Notes: generated by a model not told the origin, from the sequence alone. A stretch of 64,000 nt of DNA from a virus (IMGVR_UViG_3300035101_000015:1-64000), one strand, 5' to 3'; counted from the first letter of the stretch, positions 1-9,259 are shown. Numbers and translations are program-made.

Positions 1-60
1 CTCCACGGGCGCGAGCGATGACTGGCTCAACACGTACACGTCCACGGGCTCGTAGGCCAT
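1..60 (-). CDS. 5' end of a CDS running off the window (MAYEPVDVYVLSQSSLAPVE...), probably structural
   Basis: ATG at 58-60 with AGGAG upstream; only 20 codons visible. Confidence 0.4.
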   Translation of the reverse strand, partial: MAYEPVDVYVLSQSSLAPVE

Positions 61-335
61 CAGCACTCTCCTTGTACCACCACTTCAAAGAAGTGGCACC
101 CTTTTCGCATCACCGAATCACAATGACATCCCCAGCCGTCGGGACGTAGGTCAAGCGCACCCTCTCTCCCTGCCTGTTCCGTACACCGCCTGCGAGGGCA
201 CGATTCACTAGGCCGTGCTGCCTTAGAGGTTCACACCTCAAGTAGCTCTTCACAGGCAACCCGGTGTACTTCATCGGGCAGACCCCAGTGACATTTCCCC
301 CGTGTGCCCCGAAGACGAAGTGAACCAGGTCCTGG

Positions 336-1379
336 TCAGGGGTTGAGGGAGCGTCGCTGGGCATACTCGATGTTGGGCGACCGCACCGTCCAGTAGTCGT
401 CTGGGCCGATGGTGGGGTCCAACAGGTTGAATACACCTACATTTGGGTCCGTGGGAACCGTAATCTCACGGACGATGTCGGTCCCGTCGATGGCCACGGT
501 CACCTCGGCGCCCCGGACCAGGTTGAGCTCGAGCGTCCCGTATTCATTGGTGAGCCCATCCACAGCCGGCCCAGCCAGGAGGGAGTCCTCCACCACCTGC
601 TGCTTGAAGCGGTTGAAGACCCTCACCAGGATGTTCCGCAGGGGGCGGCCGTCGAGGCCCACGAGCTTGATGCGGCCGGAGACGATGTTGTCGGCGCTGA
701 TGCCCAGCGGCTGGTCCCCGTGGGAGGGCTGGGTGAAGGCGCTGGCCGTATTCTCTACCCGGTTGTGGAAACGCGTGCGGTAGAAGTACTCGCTGTCGCC
801 CTGCAGGTCGTTGAAAACGTACCGCTCTTTGCCCTTCATCAGAGCGATGTGAGAGTCCAGACCGAAGGCTAGGTTGTAGGGCTCGGTGGTGGGCAGCCCC
901 AGCTTAGGGGCTGCATCTCCACCAACAACGCGTAGCGCCGCTCCCGTGCCCGGCTGCAGCGTCTCGAGGACGAGCTCTCCCGCATCGTCAATCCATCCCC
1001 GCACCCGTCCCTGCGTCGCTGCTTCAATCTGGGTGATGGCCTCAGCGTACGTGAGGACACCAGGACCGGGGTCGGTGAAGACGACGTCGTAGTCATCCAG
1101 CTCGTTGATGCGCAAGCTCAGAGTGTCACCCACGATGTCGACAGTGGGACCAGGTCCCCACACCGTGGGCTCATTCCCACCATCCTCGGGTAGGCGCGCA
1201 GGCTCCCAGCCATAGGCAGTCAGCGGCTCGTAGGGCCCCGTGGACAGGCCACGGGAGCGGTAGACTTGGATGTGGTCGAACGTGCCGAACCAGTCCGAGT
1301 CTTCCACGAAGATGTGAAGCTGGACGAGCTCACTGAACTCGTCCGCGCCCGACGGGACCCTTACAATGCTGATACCCAT
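336..1379 (-). CDS. Putative virion structural protein carrying one copy of the sheath-type repeat domain
   Basis: 347 aa; GDTLSLRINE...YAEAITQIEAA...GELVLET...GAALRVVGGDAAPKLGL resembles the sheath inserts. Confidence 0.55.
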   Translation of the reverse strand: MGISIVRVPSGADEFSELVQLHIFVEDSDWFGTFDHIQVYRSRGLSTGPYEPLTAYGWEPARLPEDGGNEPTVWGPGPTVDIVGDTLSLRINELDDYDVVFTDPGPGVLTYAEAITQIEAATQGRVRGWIDDAGELVLETLQPGTGAALRVVGGDAAPKLGLPTTEPYNLAFGLDSHIALMKGKERYVFNDLQGDSEYFYRTRFHNRVENTASAFTQPSHGDQPLGISADNIVSGRIKLVGLDGRPLRNILVRVFNRFKQQVVEDSLLAGPAVDGLTNEYGTLELNLVRGAEVTVAIDGTDIVREITVPTDPNVGVFNLLDPTIGPDDYWTVRSPNIEYAQRRSLNP

Positions 1380-1387
1380 ACTTCATT

Positions 1388-1747
1388 CTACCGTTGGACA
1401 GTCCCTTTCGGAACGACCCTACCAGTATCCGGTTCCATCTCCTGAGTAGCGGGGTCGAAACCGTACTTCTGGCTGAGCCCATTCAGGAGCATCAAGTACT
1501 TCTGTTGCAGCTTACCGATGGCCACGTCCAGGTCTTCTGCTTCACGACGAAGGGATTCCTGCCGAGCCGACACGTTCATCAGCTTGAGTTGCAGGTTCTC
1601 AATCATCAACCGGTCGACAGGCTCCAGGACGATGTCTTCGGAGGGAGACGGTGCAGTCTCCTCCTTCGTCACTGGCTTCCCATTGTCCTTGTTGGGCTTG
1701 GTTGAGATGCTCAGATTCTTGGTGTTCTCGTCTCCACCGGATTCCAT
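1388..1747 (-). CDS. Hypothetical coiled-coil protein
   Basis: 119 aa, heptad-like central segment, tightly packed with neighbours. Confidence 0.6.
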   Translation of the reverse strand: MESGGDENTKNLSISTKPNKDNGKPVTKEETAPSPSEDIVLEPVDRLMIENLQLKLMNVSARQESLRREAEDLDVAIGKLQQKYLMLLNGLSQKYGFDPATQEMEPDTGRVVPKGTVQR

Positions 1748-1748
1748 G

Positions 1749-1967
1749 TCACTCTCCTGTCAAAAACTGGTCGAGCTCATCGACCAGCAGGTCCGAAGCC
1801 GACTCCACAGACGCGTTGTTGAGGCGCTCGGACCCGGTGCGCCCCTTCAGAATCTTCTTCAACAGAGCCGACTCCCTGGTGAGCCGTTGCTCCTCCTTGT
1901 CCGCCCAAGCACCCACCGCTGACTTCAGCTTGTCGAGTCGGGCGTTGCGTTCTTCCTGGGTGGCCAT
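1749..1967 (-). CDS. Hypothetical protein
   Basis: 72 aa helical ORF filling the gap between neighbours. Confidence 0.6.
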   Translation of the reverse strand: MATQEERNARLDKLKSAVGAWADKEEQRLTRESALLKKILKGRTGSERLNNASVESASDLLVDELDQFLTGE

Positions 1968-1970
1968 GGC

Positions 1971-2636
1971 TCAGCTTACCACTCTGGACATAGCGGCAAC
2001 AGACGCTATCTTCATGAAGTTCTTGATGGGCTTGTAGCTCTGCCGATGTAGTGGCGTCACTCCGTGGGAGAGTATGCCATTCTTGTGCGCCGGAGTTCCG
2101 TAGCCCATGTTCGTCTTGAATCCGTAGTGCGGGTAGAGCTTGTGCTGTTCCACCATGAAGGCGTCTCTGTGAACCTTAGCTAGGATGCTAGCCGCACTGA
2201 CCGCCGGGACGTGGACATCAGCCTGGGCGAGCCAGACCATGTCCTGAGGCTTGCCGTCGATGACCACCGGCACATCACCATCCTGAACGATGAGGGCCTG
2301 AGGGAACCGGCGAAGGCAGTAGAGCGCGCAGCCCTCGGTGAGCCAATCCCGCACTCTCTTGATACCATGCTTGTCCACCTCGGTGTTACTAGACTCGAGC
2401 ACGACATGTGCGACGCACGCACGGAGGATGATGGCCTTGGCCTTCACCCGACGCTTGGGCGTGAGTTTCTTCGAGTCCTTCACGTCCTTGTGGGACCACC
2501 CCTTGGGTAGGACGACGCCCGCCACTACGACGGGCCCCGCCCAACTACCCATCCCCACCTCGTCGATACCCAGCACGTACTCCGCTGGGTGCTTGGCAAT
2601 CTTCTCGAGCGCGAGCTCTTGGTCGAAGGCGGACAC
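1971..2636 (-). CDS. rnhB: Ribonuclease HII
   Basis: Motifs GIDEVGMGSWAGPVVVA, DSKKLT, DG, VSAASILAKVHRD, YGFKTNMGYGT, HRQSY. Confidence 0.93.
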   Translation of the reverse strand: MSAFDQELALEKIAKHPAEYVLGIDEVGMGSWAGPVVVAGVVLPKGWSHKDVKDSKKLTPKRRVKAKAIILRACVAHVVLESSNTEVDKHGIKRVRDWLTEGCALYCLRRFPQALIVQDGDVPVVIDGKPQDMVWLAQADVHVPAVSAASILAKVHRDAFMVEQHKLYPHYGFKTNMGYGTPAHKNGILSHGVTPLHRQSYKPIKNFMKIASVAAMSRVVS

Positions 2637-2843
2637 CTAGCTCTTCTTGGCCTCCGCTTTCAGGATGTCGAAGTTTAGCGAGTCGATGAGCCGCCAGATG
2701 GCATCCGGCGGGTCCCAACCCTGTTGAATCTGCGCCAGCAGCGCAGCCTTGGCTTCCTTCTTCGCCTTCAGCGTGAACCGAGGCTTCTTCTGAGTAGTGT
2801 TGTCGCTCATAGTCGGGAACAGCTCCAGTTGGGTCATGTTCAT
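2637..2843 (-). CDS. Hypothetical protein
   Basis: 68 aa ORF abutting rnhB. Confidence 0.45.
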   Translation of the reverse strand: MNMTQLELFPTMSDNTTQKKPRFTLKAKKEAKAALLAQIQQGWDPPDAIWRLIDSLNFDILKAEAKKS

Positions 2844-2849
2844 CTTCGT

Positions 2850-3248
2850 CTACTTCTTCTCCTCGAGCAAGGCCCAAGAGATGGTAGAGGTGTACAGGAG
2901 TACGTCCCCATGCTTCGTCCAGCAGCGCCAGTGGATTCCCCCCTCGGTCACCACCATGTGGACGCACTCCACGGAGGCCGTTTCTCCATGCACCGACCCA
3001 GTGAAGTCTCTCACCACGTCGATGTCCTCCAGCTCGTCGTACTGCTCCTCTGCAGGGTTCAGCTCGTACCACTCTACTGACCAGTCGCTGAACTCCATGC
3101 ATTGGAGGTCGCTGTCGTATGCCTTGAGCCCGAGCAGGGCAGCATGCCGTTTCAGGATGCACTCCCTGTCGTGGGCATTCAGAGACACAACAGCCACGTC
3201 AGCCCCCCATGTGTCACTGCTGGAATGAACGCGCAACGCAAACCTCAT
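2850..3248 (-). CDS. Hypothetical protein
   Basis: 132 aa; ATGA overlap with upstream ORF. Confidence 0.65.
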   Translation of the reverse strand: MRFALRVHSSSDTWGADVAVVSLNAHDRECILKRHAALLGLKAYDSDLQCMEFSDWSVEWYELNPAEEQYDELEDIDVVRDFTGSVHGETASVECVHMVVTEGGIHWRCWTKHGDVLLYTSTISWALLEEKK

Positions 3249-3502
3249 GCGCCAGCCTCCCTTCTAAGTCTCCTGCCAACTTCCTCGTAGCTCTCGCCCT
3301 CACGGACTACGTGCATGAATCCAAGTGAGTCCACACCCATCTGGTGCCTGAGCTGTACCAGAGCGCAGCGATACATGTCCGCCGCTGTCGGTTGCTTCAT
3401 CTGCTCGTGGTATTGAATGAACTGGCGGACCTTCTCCTCTGTGGCAGCAGGGTCCACCAGCCATTCGTTCGCCAGCAGAGGAATCGCCTGCCAGGCCGGC
3501 AT
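3245..3502 (-). CDS. Hypothetical protein
   Basis: Likely start MPAWQAI at 3502, just after the upstream stop. Confidence 0.5.
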   Translation of the reverse strand: MPAWQAIPLLANEWLVDPAATEEKVRQFIQYHEQMKQPTAADMYRCALVQLRHQMGVDSLGFMHVVREGESYEEVGRRLRREAGA

Positions 3503-3506
3503 CACC

Positions 3507-4706
3507 TCAGGCACTCTTGACCTTCTGCCTGAAACCCTTGGTCTTGCCAAGCACCTTGCCGGCGAGCTCCTGCAGGTCCTTGCGGCGCTCGGAGTTGTCC
3601 TCCTTCTCCGCCAACTGGCCTACGGCCGCAGCCGCCCACCAGCGGGTGGCGATGGGCTCGTCGTCATCCTCGAACTCGACCGGAGGCAGCTCCTCGAAGC
3701 CATCCGCCCGGCTGTTGCTGTTCATCAGCTTGTCCTTCACCGAGGTGAGCTCCTTCTGGTGCAGAATGCGACCGAGCTCGGCCTTCAGCCGGCTCCACGG
3801 GATGTCCTCCTCCTGAGCCAGGCGAATGCCCTCGACCAGGTTGTTGACCACTGGAGCCTTGAGCTGTCCGACGACGGCCGAGGTGACCGCCTTCCTCGCA
3901 GCCGTGAGCTCAGCGCTCTTGGCATCCTCGTCGAGCTCGACATCCTCATCCTCCACCACCGGGCCAATGTGCACGGCCGACAGGGTCTCATCCAGCACTG
4001 CCGAACCGCTGCCGTTGATGCGTCGCATGAAGGTGGCAATCTTCAGCTTCCCGCCACCGAAGTCGGAGTTGCTGAAGGTGGTACCCACCACGATGAACTC
4101 ACCCTCGTAGGGCTCGAACACGATGGGCAGCACGCAGTGCAGATTGAATCGTACTGCAGATGCGTGTGCCTCGATGGGTTTGGCACCAGTCTGACCGCAC
4201 GCCTTGGTGAAGGCACGCAGTAGCGGCTTCGTCGCCAGCTTGCGGTTGAAGCTCATCGTAAGAAACCCCCGCATCTCCTCACCGACGTAGCGGCACCAGT
4301 ACCGAGCGTCGTTGCCCCGACGGTCCCGCCTCCTCATGTTGGTGGCGTGCCAGTTCAGGTCCTCCGCCAGCTTCTGCCGGCACTTGCTGGTTGCAATGCC
4401 AGCACACCCATCAGGTTGGCTGAGCTTATTCATGTAGGTCTTGGGGTACTCGAAGACCCCACACATCTGGTTGAGGGCGTGCGGGTGAGCCGTGAGGAGC
4501 GGACGCGTGGGATGGATGCTGACCAGCAGCTTCTTGTCCCAGTGGAACGACATGTTCCTCGGGTACACCTTGGCATCGGTGATGACCATGCTGGACACCA
4601 ACTCGATGAGCCGACCCTCCTCCTCTTCGCCACGGCTGAGCTGACTCTGCAGCCTCGAGCGGGCGAACCTAGAGCCTTGCGATGTCGACTGGTTGAATCC
4701 TGTCAC
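3507..4706 (-). CDS. DUF932-like phage/plasmid protein
   Basis: HALNQMC...P..YMNKL, RGFL..SF and FSNSDFGGGKLKI match my recollection of DUF932-type proteins; GGAGG RBS. Confidence 0.55.
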   Translation of the reverse strand: MTGFNQSTSQGSRFARSRLQSQLSRGEEEEGRLIELVSSMVITDAKVYPRNMSFHWDKKLLVSIHPTRPLLTAHPHALNQMCGVFEYPKTYMNKLSQPDGCAGIATSKCRQKLAEDLNWHATNMRRRDRRGNDARYWCRYVGEEMRGFLTMSFNRKLATKPLLRAFTKACGQTGAKPIEAHASAVRFNLHCVLPIVFEPYEGEFIVVGTTFSNSDFGGGKLKIATFMRRINGSGSAVLDETLSAVHIGPVVEDEDVELDEDAKSAELTAARKAVTSAVVGQLKAPVVNNLVEGIRLAQEEDIPWSRLKAELGRILHQKELTSVKDKLMNSNSRADGFEELPPVEFEDDDEPIATRWWAAAAVGQLAEKEDNSERRKDLQELAGKVLGKTKGFRQKVKSA

Positions 4707-4715
4707 TTGACCTCC

Positions 4716-4752
4716 AAAAAGAATGGCGGCGCCAGGTTGCCCCGGCGCCGCC
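4716..4752 (-). terminator. Intrinsic terminator after sigma factor gene
   Basis: GGCGGCGCCGGG-GCAA-CCTGGCGCCGCC followed by ATTCTTTTT. Confidence 0.8.
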
Positions 4753-4784
4753 CACGAGTGTGCGTGATACCCCGAAGGGTTGCC

Positions 4785-5615
4785 TCAGATGTACTTCTTG
4801 TACTTGGTGGCAATGCCACTCTTGAGTCGTGATACCTGGCTCGAGCTGAGCCCCAGCTTCCTCGCCAATGCACCAGTGCTCTCGATGCGCGGTTGACCGT
4901 TCATCCCGTAGAGGTGGTCGAACACCTGCTGCTGCTTCTGATTGAGTGTCGGACGTAGCAGTCCGAGCACCGACTCGTTGCGACTGGTGCTGTACGCCGT
5001 CGGGTCAGCCTCCATGGTAGACCCGATGACGTCCTTGCGTCGGTTGCCTTGAACGCGTGCGACCATGCGCCCTGTCAGGCGCTTCTTCCCACCCAGTAGG
5101 TCTGGGCGCTGGTTCACGAACTGCGCAATCTGCGTGTGGCTGGGCTCCTGCCCACTACTCTCCAAGAGCTCGTCTCGAGCTCGGTCGATTCCACCGATGT
5201 AGGCCGTCTGTCCCTCGGGGATGTAGGCCATGTTCTGATGCTGCGCATTGAAGCGCATGCTCTTCCGCAGGTGGTTGTCCAGATGCGTGCGTAGAGAAGC
5301 ACGATTGGGGTCGTACGTCTCGAATGCCTTGACGGCGTGCAGCTTCAGGTTGCCACGGAATGCCGACGTGTTGACGTTCGGCGCCTTGAACTGGTTGGTC
5401 TTCGACCGAAACACCGGCTCGAACCTGCGCATCAGCGCGTGCATGTTCTGCTGATTCGGGTCCCGCTGCCATGTATGCCAGAGCTGATAGTCCTCCTCAC
5501 GACGCTGGGCAGCCAGCTTCTCCTTACTGCTGAGTGCGGCGTCGATTGGGTTCACCTTGGCTCTCTTCTTCGCGACCTTCCTGGTCCTCTTCTTGACTGC
5601 TTTCTTCCTGGGCAT
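4785..5615 (-). CDS. Phage sigma70-family RNA polymerase sigma factor with basic N-terminal tail
   Basis: Region-2-like KAFETYDPNRASLRTHL, region-3-like GQEPSHTQIA, region-4 HTH LARKLGLSSSQVSRLK; GAGGAGG RBS. Confidence 0.8.
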   Translation of the reverse strand: MPRKKAVKKRTRKVAKKRAKVNPIDAALSSKEKLAAQRREEDYQLWHTWQRDPNQQNMHALMRRFEPVFRSKTNQFKAPNVNTSAFRGNLKLHAVKAFETYDPNRASLRTHLDNHLRKSMRFNAQHQNMAYIPEGQTAYIGGIDRARDELLESSGQEPSHTQIAQFVNQRPDLLGGKKRLTGRMVARVQGNRRKDVIGSTMEADPTAYSTSRNESVLGLLRPTLNQKQQQVFDHLYGMNGQPRIESTGALARKLGLSSSQVSRLKSGIATKYKKYI

Positions 5616-5631
5616 TCATGCCTCCTCGAGC

Positions 5632-5640
5632 CTTATGCCC
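5632..5640 (-). promoter_or_regulatory. GGnATAAG-type putative phage promoter (GGGCATAAG)
   Basis: Intergenic, just upstream of the sigma RBS; motif recurs at five other gene or RNA starts. Confidence 0.55.
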
Positions 5641-5658
5641 GGGAGGCGCGCAGGATTG

Positions 5659-6102
5659 TCAGTCCTCCAGCAGACCCCGGGCGAAGTCGGCCTCGGCCTC
5701 CTTGGCCGGGTCCTGAGCCTGTGGCTCCAGCAGTGGCGCACGGCTCTCGTAGTCACCGCTGGCCGCATGCTGGAGCTGCTGGCCCATCAGGGCCTGCTCC
5801 GCCTTGGCCGCAGGCCCCTTCGAGTCGAAGAGCTCGTCCAGCATCTGCTGTCGGCTCTGAATGAACCCCTCGTAGGCGGCGTCGCTGTAGTGCTCAGCCG
5901 TCCCGATTTCTGCGTTTGCTGGTAGGTCTTTTTCGCCCCACGGTGCGTCGATGTCCCCCTTTGGCCGGTCCTCGGGGTCGGGCTGCTGGTCGGGGTTCAC
6001 TCCCACCGTCGACTTGTCCTCGTCCGTCTCGGTGGCTTCCCCCTCCTTGACGAGGGCGTCGTACAGGACTCTGGTGTGATGTTCGGTCGCGTCGTGAGCC
6101 AT
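5659..6102 (-). CDS. Acidic hypothetical protein
   Basis: About 147 aa with protein-like composition; overlapped by the tail of the upstream ORF. Confidence 0.6.
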   Translation of the reverse strand: MAHDATEHHTRVLYDALVKEGEATETDEDKSTVGVNPDQQPDPEDRPKGDIDAPWGEKDLPANAEIGTAEHYSDAAYEGFIQSRQQMLDELFDSKGPAAKAEQALMGQQLQHAASGDYESRAPLLEPQAQDPAKEAEADFARGLLED

Positions 6103-6631
6103 GAGCACAGTCTACCTCGGTCACGCCGAGAATGGGAGCCTGGTCCATCCAATACGGCCTCCCACCGTTCTTCCAGACGGCGAATCTCACCTTGTCGCAG
6201 ATGTAGAAGTTCCGGTACGCCTGTACAGGGTTCGGGTGCCTGTACTTCTCAGGCATGGCCTGAACGAACGAGGTGTGGTGCCGCCAGTGCTTCAATGGGC
6301 CCACCTGGTACACGTACCGTTGAAGGACCCCGAGCACCAACTGAAAGCGGTCCTGGGAACCATGTCGCCTATCGTAGCGCAGGGAGTACTCCAGAAAGAG
6401 CTCCTGGGCATGGGCGGCTAGCCACACGAAGTTGGCCCAGTCCTCCTGTACCCACAGAGTGCAGGGATGGTTCTTGTGCGTAGGCTTGAACAACCCATCC
6501 TCCCACAGCCCTTTCGCGTCGAGGACCGTGCAGAGCATCTGTGTACTTTCTGTCGGCATCTTGACTACGTGCGAGTCGCACAACTGCCATGCCGCTACTC
6601 TCGGGTTGTCATGGACAGCGAAGATGTTCAC
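5894..6631 (-). CDS. Pyrimidine-dimer DNA glycosylase / DenV-like family protein
   Basis: MNIF...CDSHVVKMPTESTQML, KPTHKNHPCTLW, EYSLRY..RH, FVQAMP..Y, VQAYRNFY, RPYW. Confidence 0.8.
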   Translation of the reverse strand: MNIFAVHDNPRVAAWQLCDSHVVKMPTESTQMLCTVLDAKGLWEDGLFKPTHKNHPCTLWVQEDWANFVWLAAHAQELFLEYSLRYDRRHGSQDRFQLVLGVLQRYVYQVGPLKHWRHHTSFVQAMPEKYRHPNPVQAYRNFYICDKVRFAVWKNGGRPYWMDQAPILGVTEVDCAHGSRRDRTSHQSPVRRPRQGGGSHRDGRGQVDGGSEPRPAARPRGPAKGGHRRTVGRKRPTSKRRNRDG

Positions 6632-6984
6632 CCTCCGAGATTCCTGAGCTTGGCTAGCTCGAGCTCCATCTGAGCTGCGTCCCTCTCATATTGCTCCAGT
6701 ACCGAGCAGCGCTGCCGCAGCCGCTCGAGCTCCTGGCGGAGGGCTTGAACCTCCTGGTCATGGGACTCCTTCATCTGCTTCTGGTCGTCCTGGAGAATCT
6801 CGACCATTGCCGTCTGCAGGTCGGACACCGTGTACACACGGAAGCCATCCAGCTTCTTGAGCACCTCGTCCCACAGGTCGAGGTCGTTGACCGTAGCATC
6901 GAGCTGCACACGTCCGTGCTTCTTCTGGAGGGATGAACCCTCGACGTGGAACGTCAGTCCTGGGAGTTTTTCGTTGGGTTCCAT
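6628..6984 (-). CDS. Hypothetical coiled-coil protein
   Basis: 118 aa, C-terminal heptads. Confidence 0.6.
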   Translation of the reverse strand: MEPNEKLPGLTFHVEGSSLQKKHGRVQLDATVNDLDLWDEVLKKLDGFRVYTVSDLQTAMVEILQDDQKQMKESHDQEVQALRQELERLRQRCSVLEQYERDAAQMELELAKLRNLGG

Positions 6985-7655
6985 GGTGTCATTGCCGTGT
7001 TGGTGTAGATGCGTGGAAGTCTTGAAGCATGCTCGAGCAGCTCCGATTCATCTTGGTTGGCTACTAGCCAGGCAGATGTGAAGCAGGTGCCGAAGTAGCG
7101 CCAGCCAGTCTGGTTGTTCGGGTTCAACGCCTTTCGCAACGTGGTAGCGAACTGCAGAGCCAGAAGAAGCACCCCGTGCAGTGGCAGAGCCTGAGTGTGC
7201 CTCAGGTTCCTCAGCTCGGGGGTGACGCTGCCATCGAGGGCGAGCGCGTAGTCATCTACCTCGGTGTCATCCGACACCTCCTGCAGGAGCTTCAACAGCT
7301 CGGTCAGTCCTTCACGTGAGCGAGCAAAGCGCCATTGCTGTACTTGCTGCACGAACTCATTCGCGTCAGCCATGGCGTTCAGCGTGGTGGTACGGCTAGC
7401 TCTGCCGACCTTCTCCAGCCCACGTGGGTTGTCCAATCGTGGTATCACCATCTTCGGAAGGAGTACGTGGTACATCACCTCCAATAGGTAGAATGCTCGA
7501 AGGGCGAGTGCAGATTCATCAGGCTTGCTGCCCTCCGCTAGCTCTTGTACTTCCTCAATCTCCTCGACCAGGTCATCGTAGAGGGATGAACCATCGAGTC
7601 GCTTCACCAGCTCGAGGATGAGCTGGGTGGTAATTGGGCAGTGTTCAAAGGCCAT
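6954..7655 (-). CDS. Hypothetical helical protein
   Basis: 233 aa; preceded by GGGTATAAG. Confidence 0.6.
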   Translation of the reverse strand: MAFEHCPITTQLILELVKRLDGSSLYDDLVEEIEEVQELAEGSKPDESALALRAFYLLEVMYHVLLPKMVIPRLDNPRGLEKVGRASRTTTLNAMADANEFVQQVQQWRFARSREGLTELLKLLQEVSDDTEVDDYALALDGSVTPELRNLRHTQALPLHGVLLLALQFATTLRKALNPNNQTGWRYFGTCFTSAWLVANQDESELLEHASRLPRIYTNTAMTPWNPTKNSQD

Positions 7656-7669
7656 GTTTCACCATGGCC

Positions 7670-7678
7670 CTTATACCC
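7670..7678 (-). promoter_or_regulatory. GGnATAAG-type putative promoter (GGGTATAAG)
   Basis: Lies in the 24-nt gap before ATG 7655. Confidence 0.55.
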
Positions 7679-7679
7679 G

Positions 7680-8555
7680 CTAGATGGGACCTTTGGTTGC
7701 CCCCGGTAGAGGTTTTCCGTACCCCATAGGCTTCGAGAGCTGGGCGATGCTAGGGCCTGGAGGAGCCGTGACCTTGGGCGCGCCAACCTGCATGCTCTTC
7801 GTGAGCCGGCCTTGAGGCGTGGTGGGTGCCGCTTGCTTCTGCTGCCACTCACCCATTGCCTCGATGGCATTGCGAGCAGCCCGAGCGATGGCGGAGGTCT
7901 TCTCCTTCGTCTTGTCGCCGTTCATCTCCTCCTCTTCACCCGGAGGAGGACCTGCGGTCTTCATACCCTGAGGGTTGCCAGGCATGCCCCAAGGACTGCG
8001 GTAGCTGAACCGGCCCATGCTGAGTGGGCCCGAGTACTGACTCACCGTGAAGCCCAGCTTGGCAGCGTTCTGCTTCATCATGCTGATGGGCTCGTACTTC
8101 TGCATCTTGATGCCCTGTGTCTTCTGGTCGAAGGCAGTGACGGCACCGATGTCCTGGGACTTCTTCAGGCGCTGCTGTGGCGTGTCGCCCGCAGGCTTGG
8201 GAGGCTTGTACCCCTTCATCGAAGGAGGCGGCATAGGAGGCTCACCAAGAGGGGCACCGATGGCCAACTTCGCGAATGCGTGACTCAGCTTCGCACCGAG
8301 CATGTCGTAGACGTGCTCCTCAGCTCCATGAGGATTGATGCCCTTGGCTTCAACGAACGCGTGGAACTTCTCGTCCTTTTGACCCTTTGGACGCTTCTTC
8401 ATGAAGGCAGCGATGGCAGACCGGTCCTTGTCGTTCAGCTCCCTACGGCCTTCTTCATCATCGTCTCCGTTGGCAGCCTTCACGAAGGTGTCCCTCATGA
8501 CGGAGAACTTGGTGATGTCCGCCTTCTTACGCTTGAGCTGGCGACGGGAGGTCAC
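7680..8555 (-). CDS. K-x-A-punctuated low-complexity protein (putative head-packaged polyprotein)
   Basis: VKAA, AKLS, AKLA, MKTA, EKTS, QKQA separate Pro/Gly/Lys-rich modules. Confidence 0.6.
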   Translation of the reverse strand: MTSRRQLKRKKADITKFSVMRDTFVKAANGDDDEEGRRELNDKDRSAIAAFMKKRPKGQKDEKFHAFVEAKGINPHGAEEHVYDMLGAKLSHAFAKLAIGAPLGEPPMPPPSMKGYKPPKPAGDTPQQRLKKSQDIGAVTAFDQKTQGIKMQKYEPISMMKQNAAKLGFTVSQYSGPLSMGRFSYRSPWGMPGNPQGMKTAGPPPGEEEEMNGDKTKEKTSAIARAARNAIEAMGEWQQKQAAPTTPQGRLTKSMQVGAPKVTAPPGPSIAQLSKPMGYGKPLPGATKGPI

Positions 8556-9259
8556 TACTCCCCCTTGGCCTTCTCGGCCTCGTGCTCCATCATCAGACGG
8601 AACCGACGTTTCCTAGGAACCTTACCCTTCTGTCCTAGCCGTCTACCTGGTTGACTACACCCAGAGCCAGGGCCCGGAGCTCCCCTGCCTCTTCCTCCTA
8701 ACCCCTCAGCGGTCTTCTCCTTGGCCTTCTCAGCCTCATGCTCCATCTTATTCAATCGGGTGTAGTAGTCCCCAAATTCTTCGAGATGGTCTCTCGCAAT
8801 CTCCCGAGCCTTGGCTCGGTCATTCGTATGCTCCATCTCGACCTTCTCACCCATGGCCATCTGCTTGGCATCGAAGTCCTTGTCGGTCTTCTTGTCGGCC
8901 TTGCCGCCCGGAATGGCGTCCGCCAACTTGGACAGCATGATTTGGTTGAGCTCATCACTCATCGACGCGTAGTCGGCACTGCTCTTCTTCACGAGTCTCT
9001 TCCCCGTCCACCGAGTCTTCGGCTTGTCACTGAGTTTCGGAGTCTCGAGACCGCCAGGATTGGCGCTCTTGGTGTACTTCTTCTTGGGCTGGTCGTACTT
9101 CTGCTTGGCCTCTCGCTTGCCCTCAGCAGTACCGTAGCCCTTCGGAGTCTTGCCCATCTTGTGGGACTGCTGGGTGGCAATGGCGAAGGCAGTCGACTTG
9201 GACATCGACGGGTTCTTCGCCAGGATGTGCTCGGCTCGATTGTGAATCCAGGCAGGCAT
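8555..9259 (-). CDS. K-x-A-punctuated protein with DUF5661-like module
   Basis: Start MPAWIHNRAEH; module IPGGKAD...GEKVEMEHT.DRAKAREIARDHLEE...YYTRL bracketed by SKLA and EKTA. Confidence 0.7.
   Translation of the reverse strand: MPAWIHNRAEHILAKNPSMSKSTAFAIATQQSHKMGKTPKGYGTAEGKREAKQKYDQPKKKYTKSANPGGLETPKLSDKPKTRWTGKRLVKKSSADYASMSDELNQIMLSKLADAIPGGKADKKTDKDFDAKQMAMGEKVEMEHTNDRAKAREIARDHLEEFGDYYTRLNKMEHEAEKAKEKTAEGLGGRGRGAPGPGSGCSQPGRRLGQKGKVPRKRRFRLMMEHEAEKAKGE

Noticed and set aside
110-436. Short ORF ending ...LTYVPTAGDVIVIR, reminiscent of ubiquitin/ThiS-like folds
   Set aside because: Start is uncertain, there is no C-terminal GG, and it is too short to support a call.
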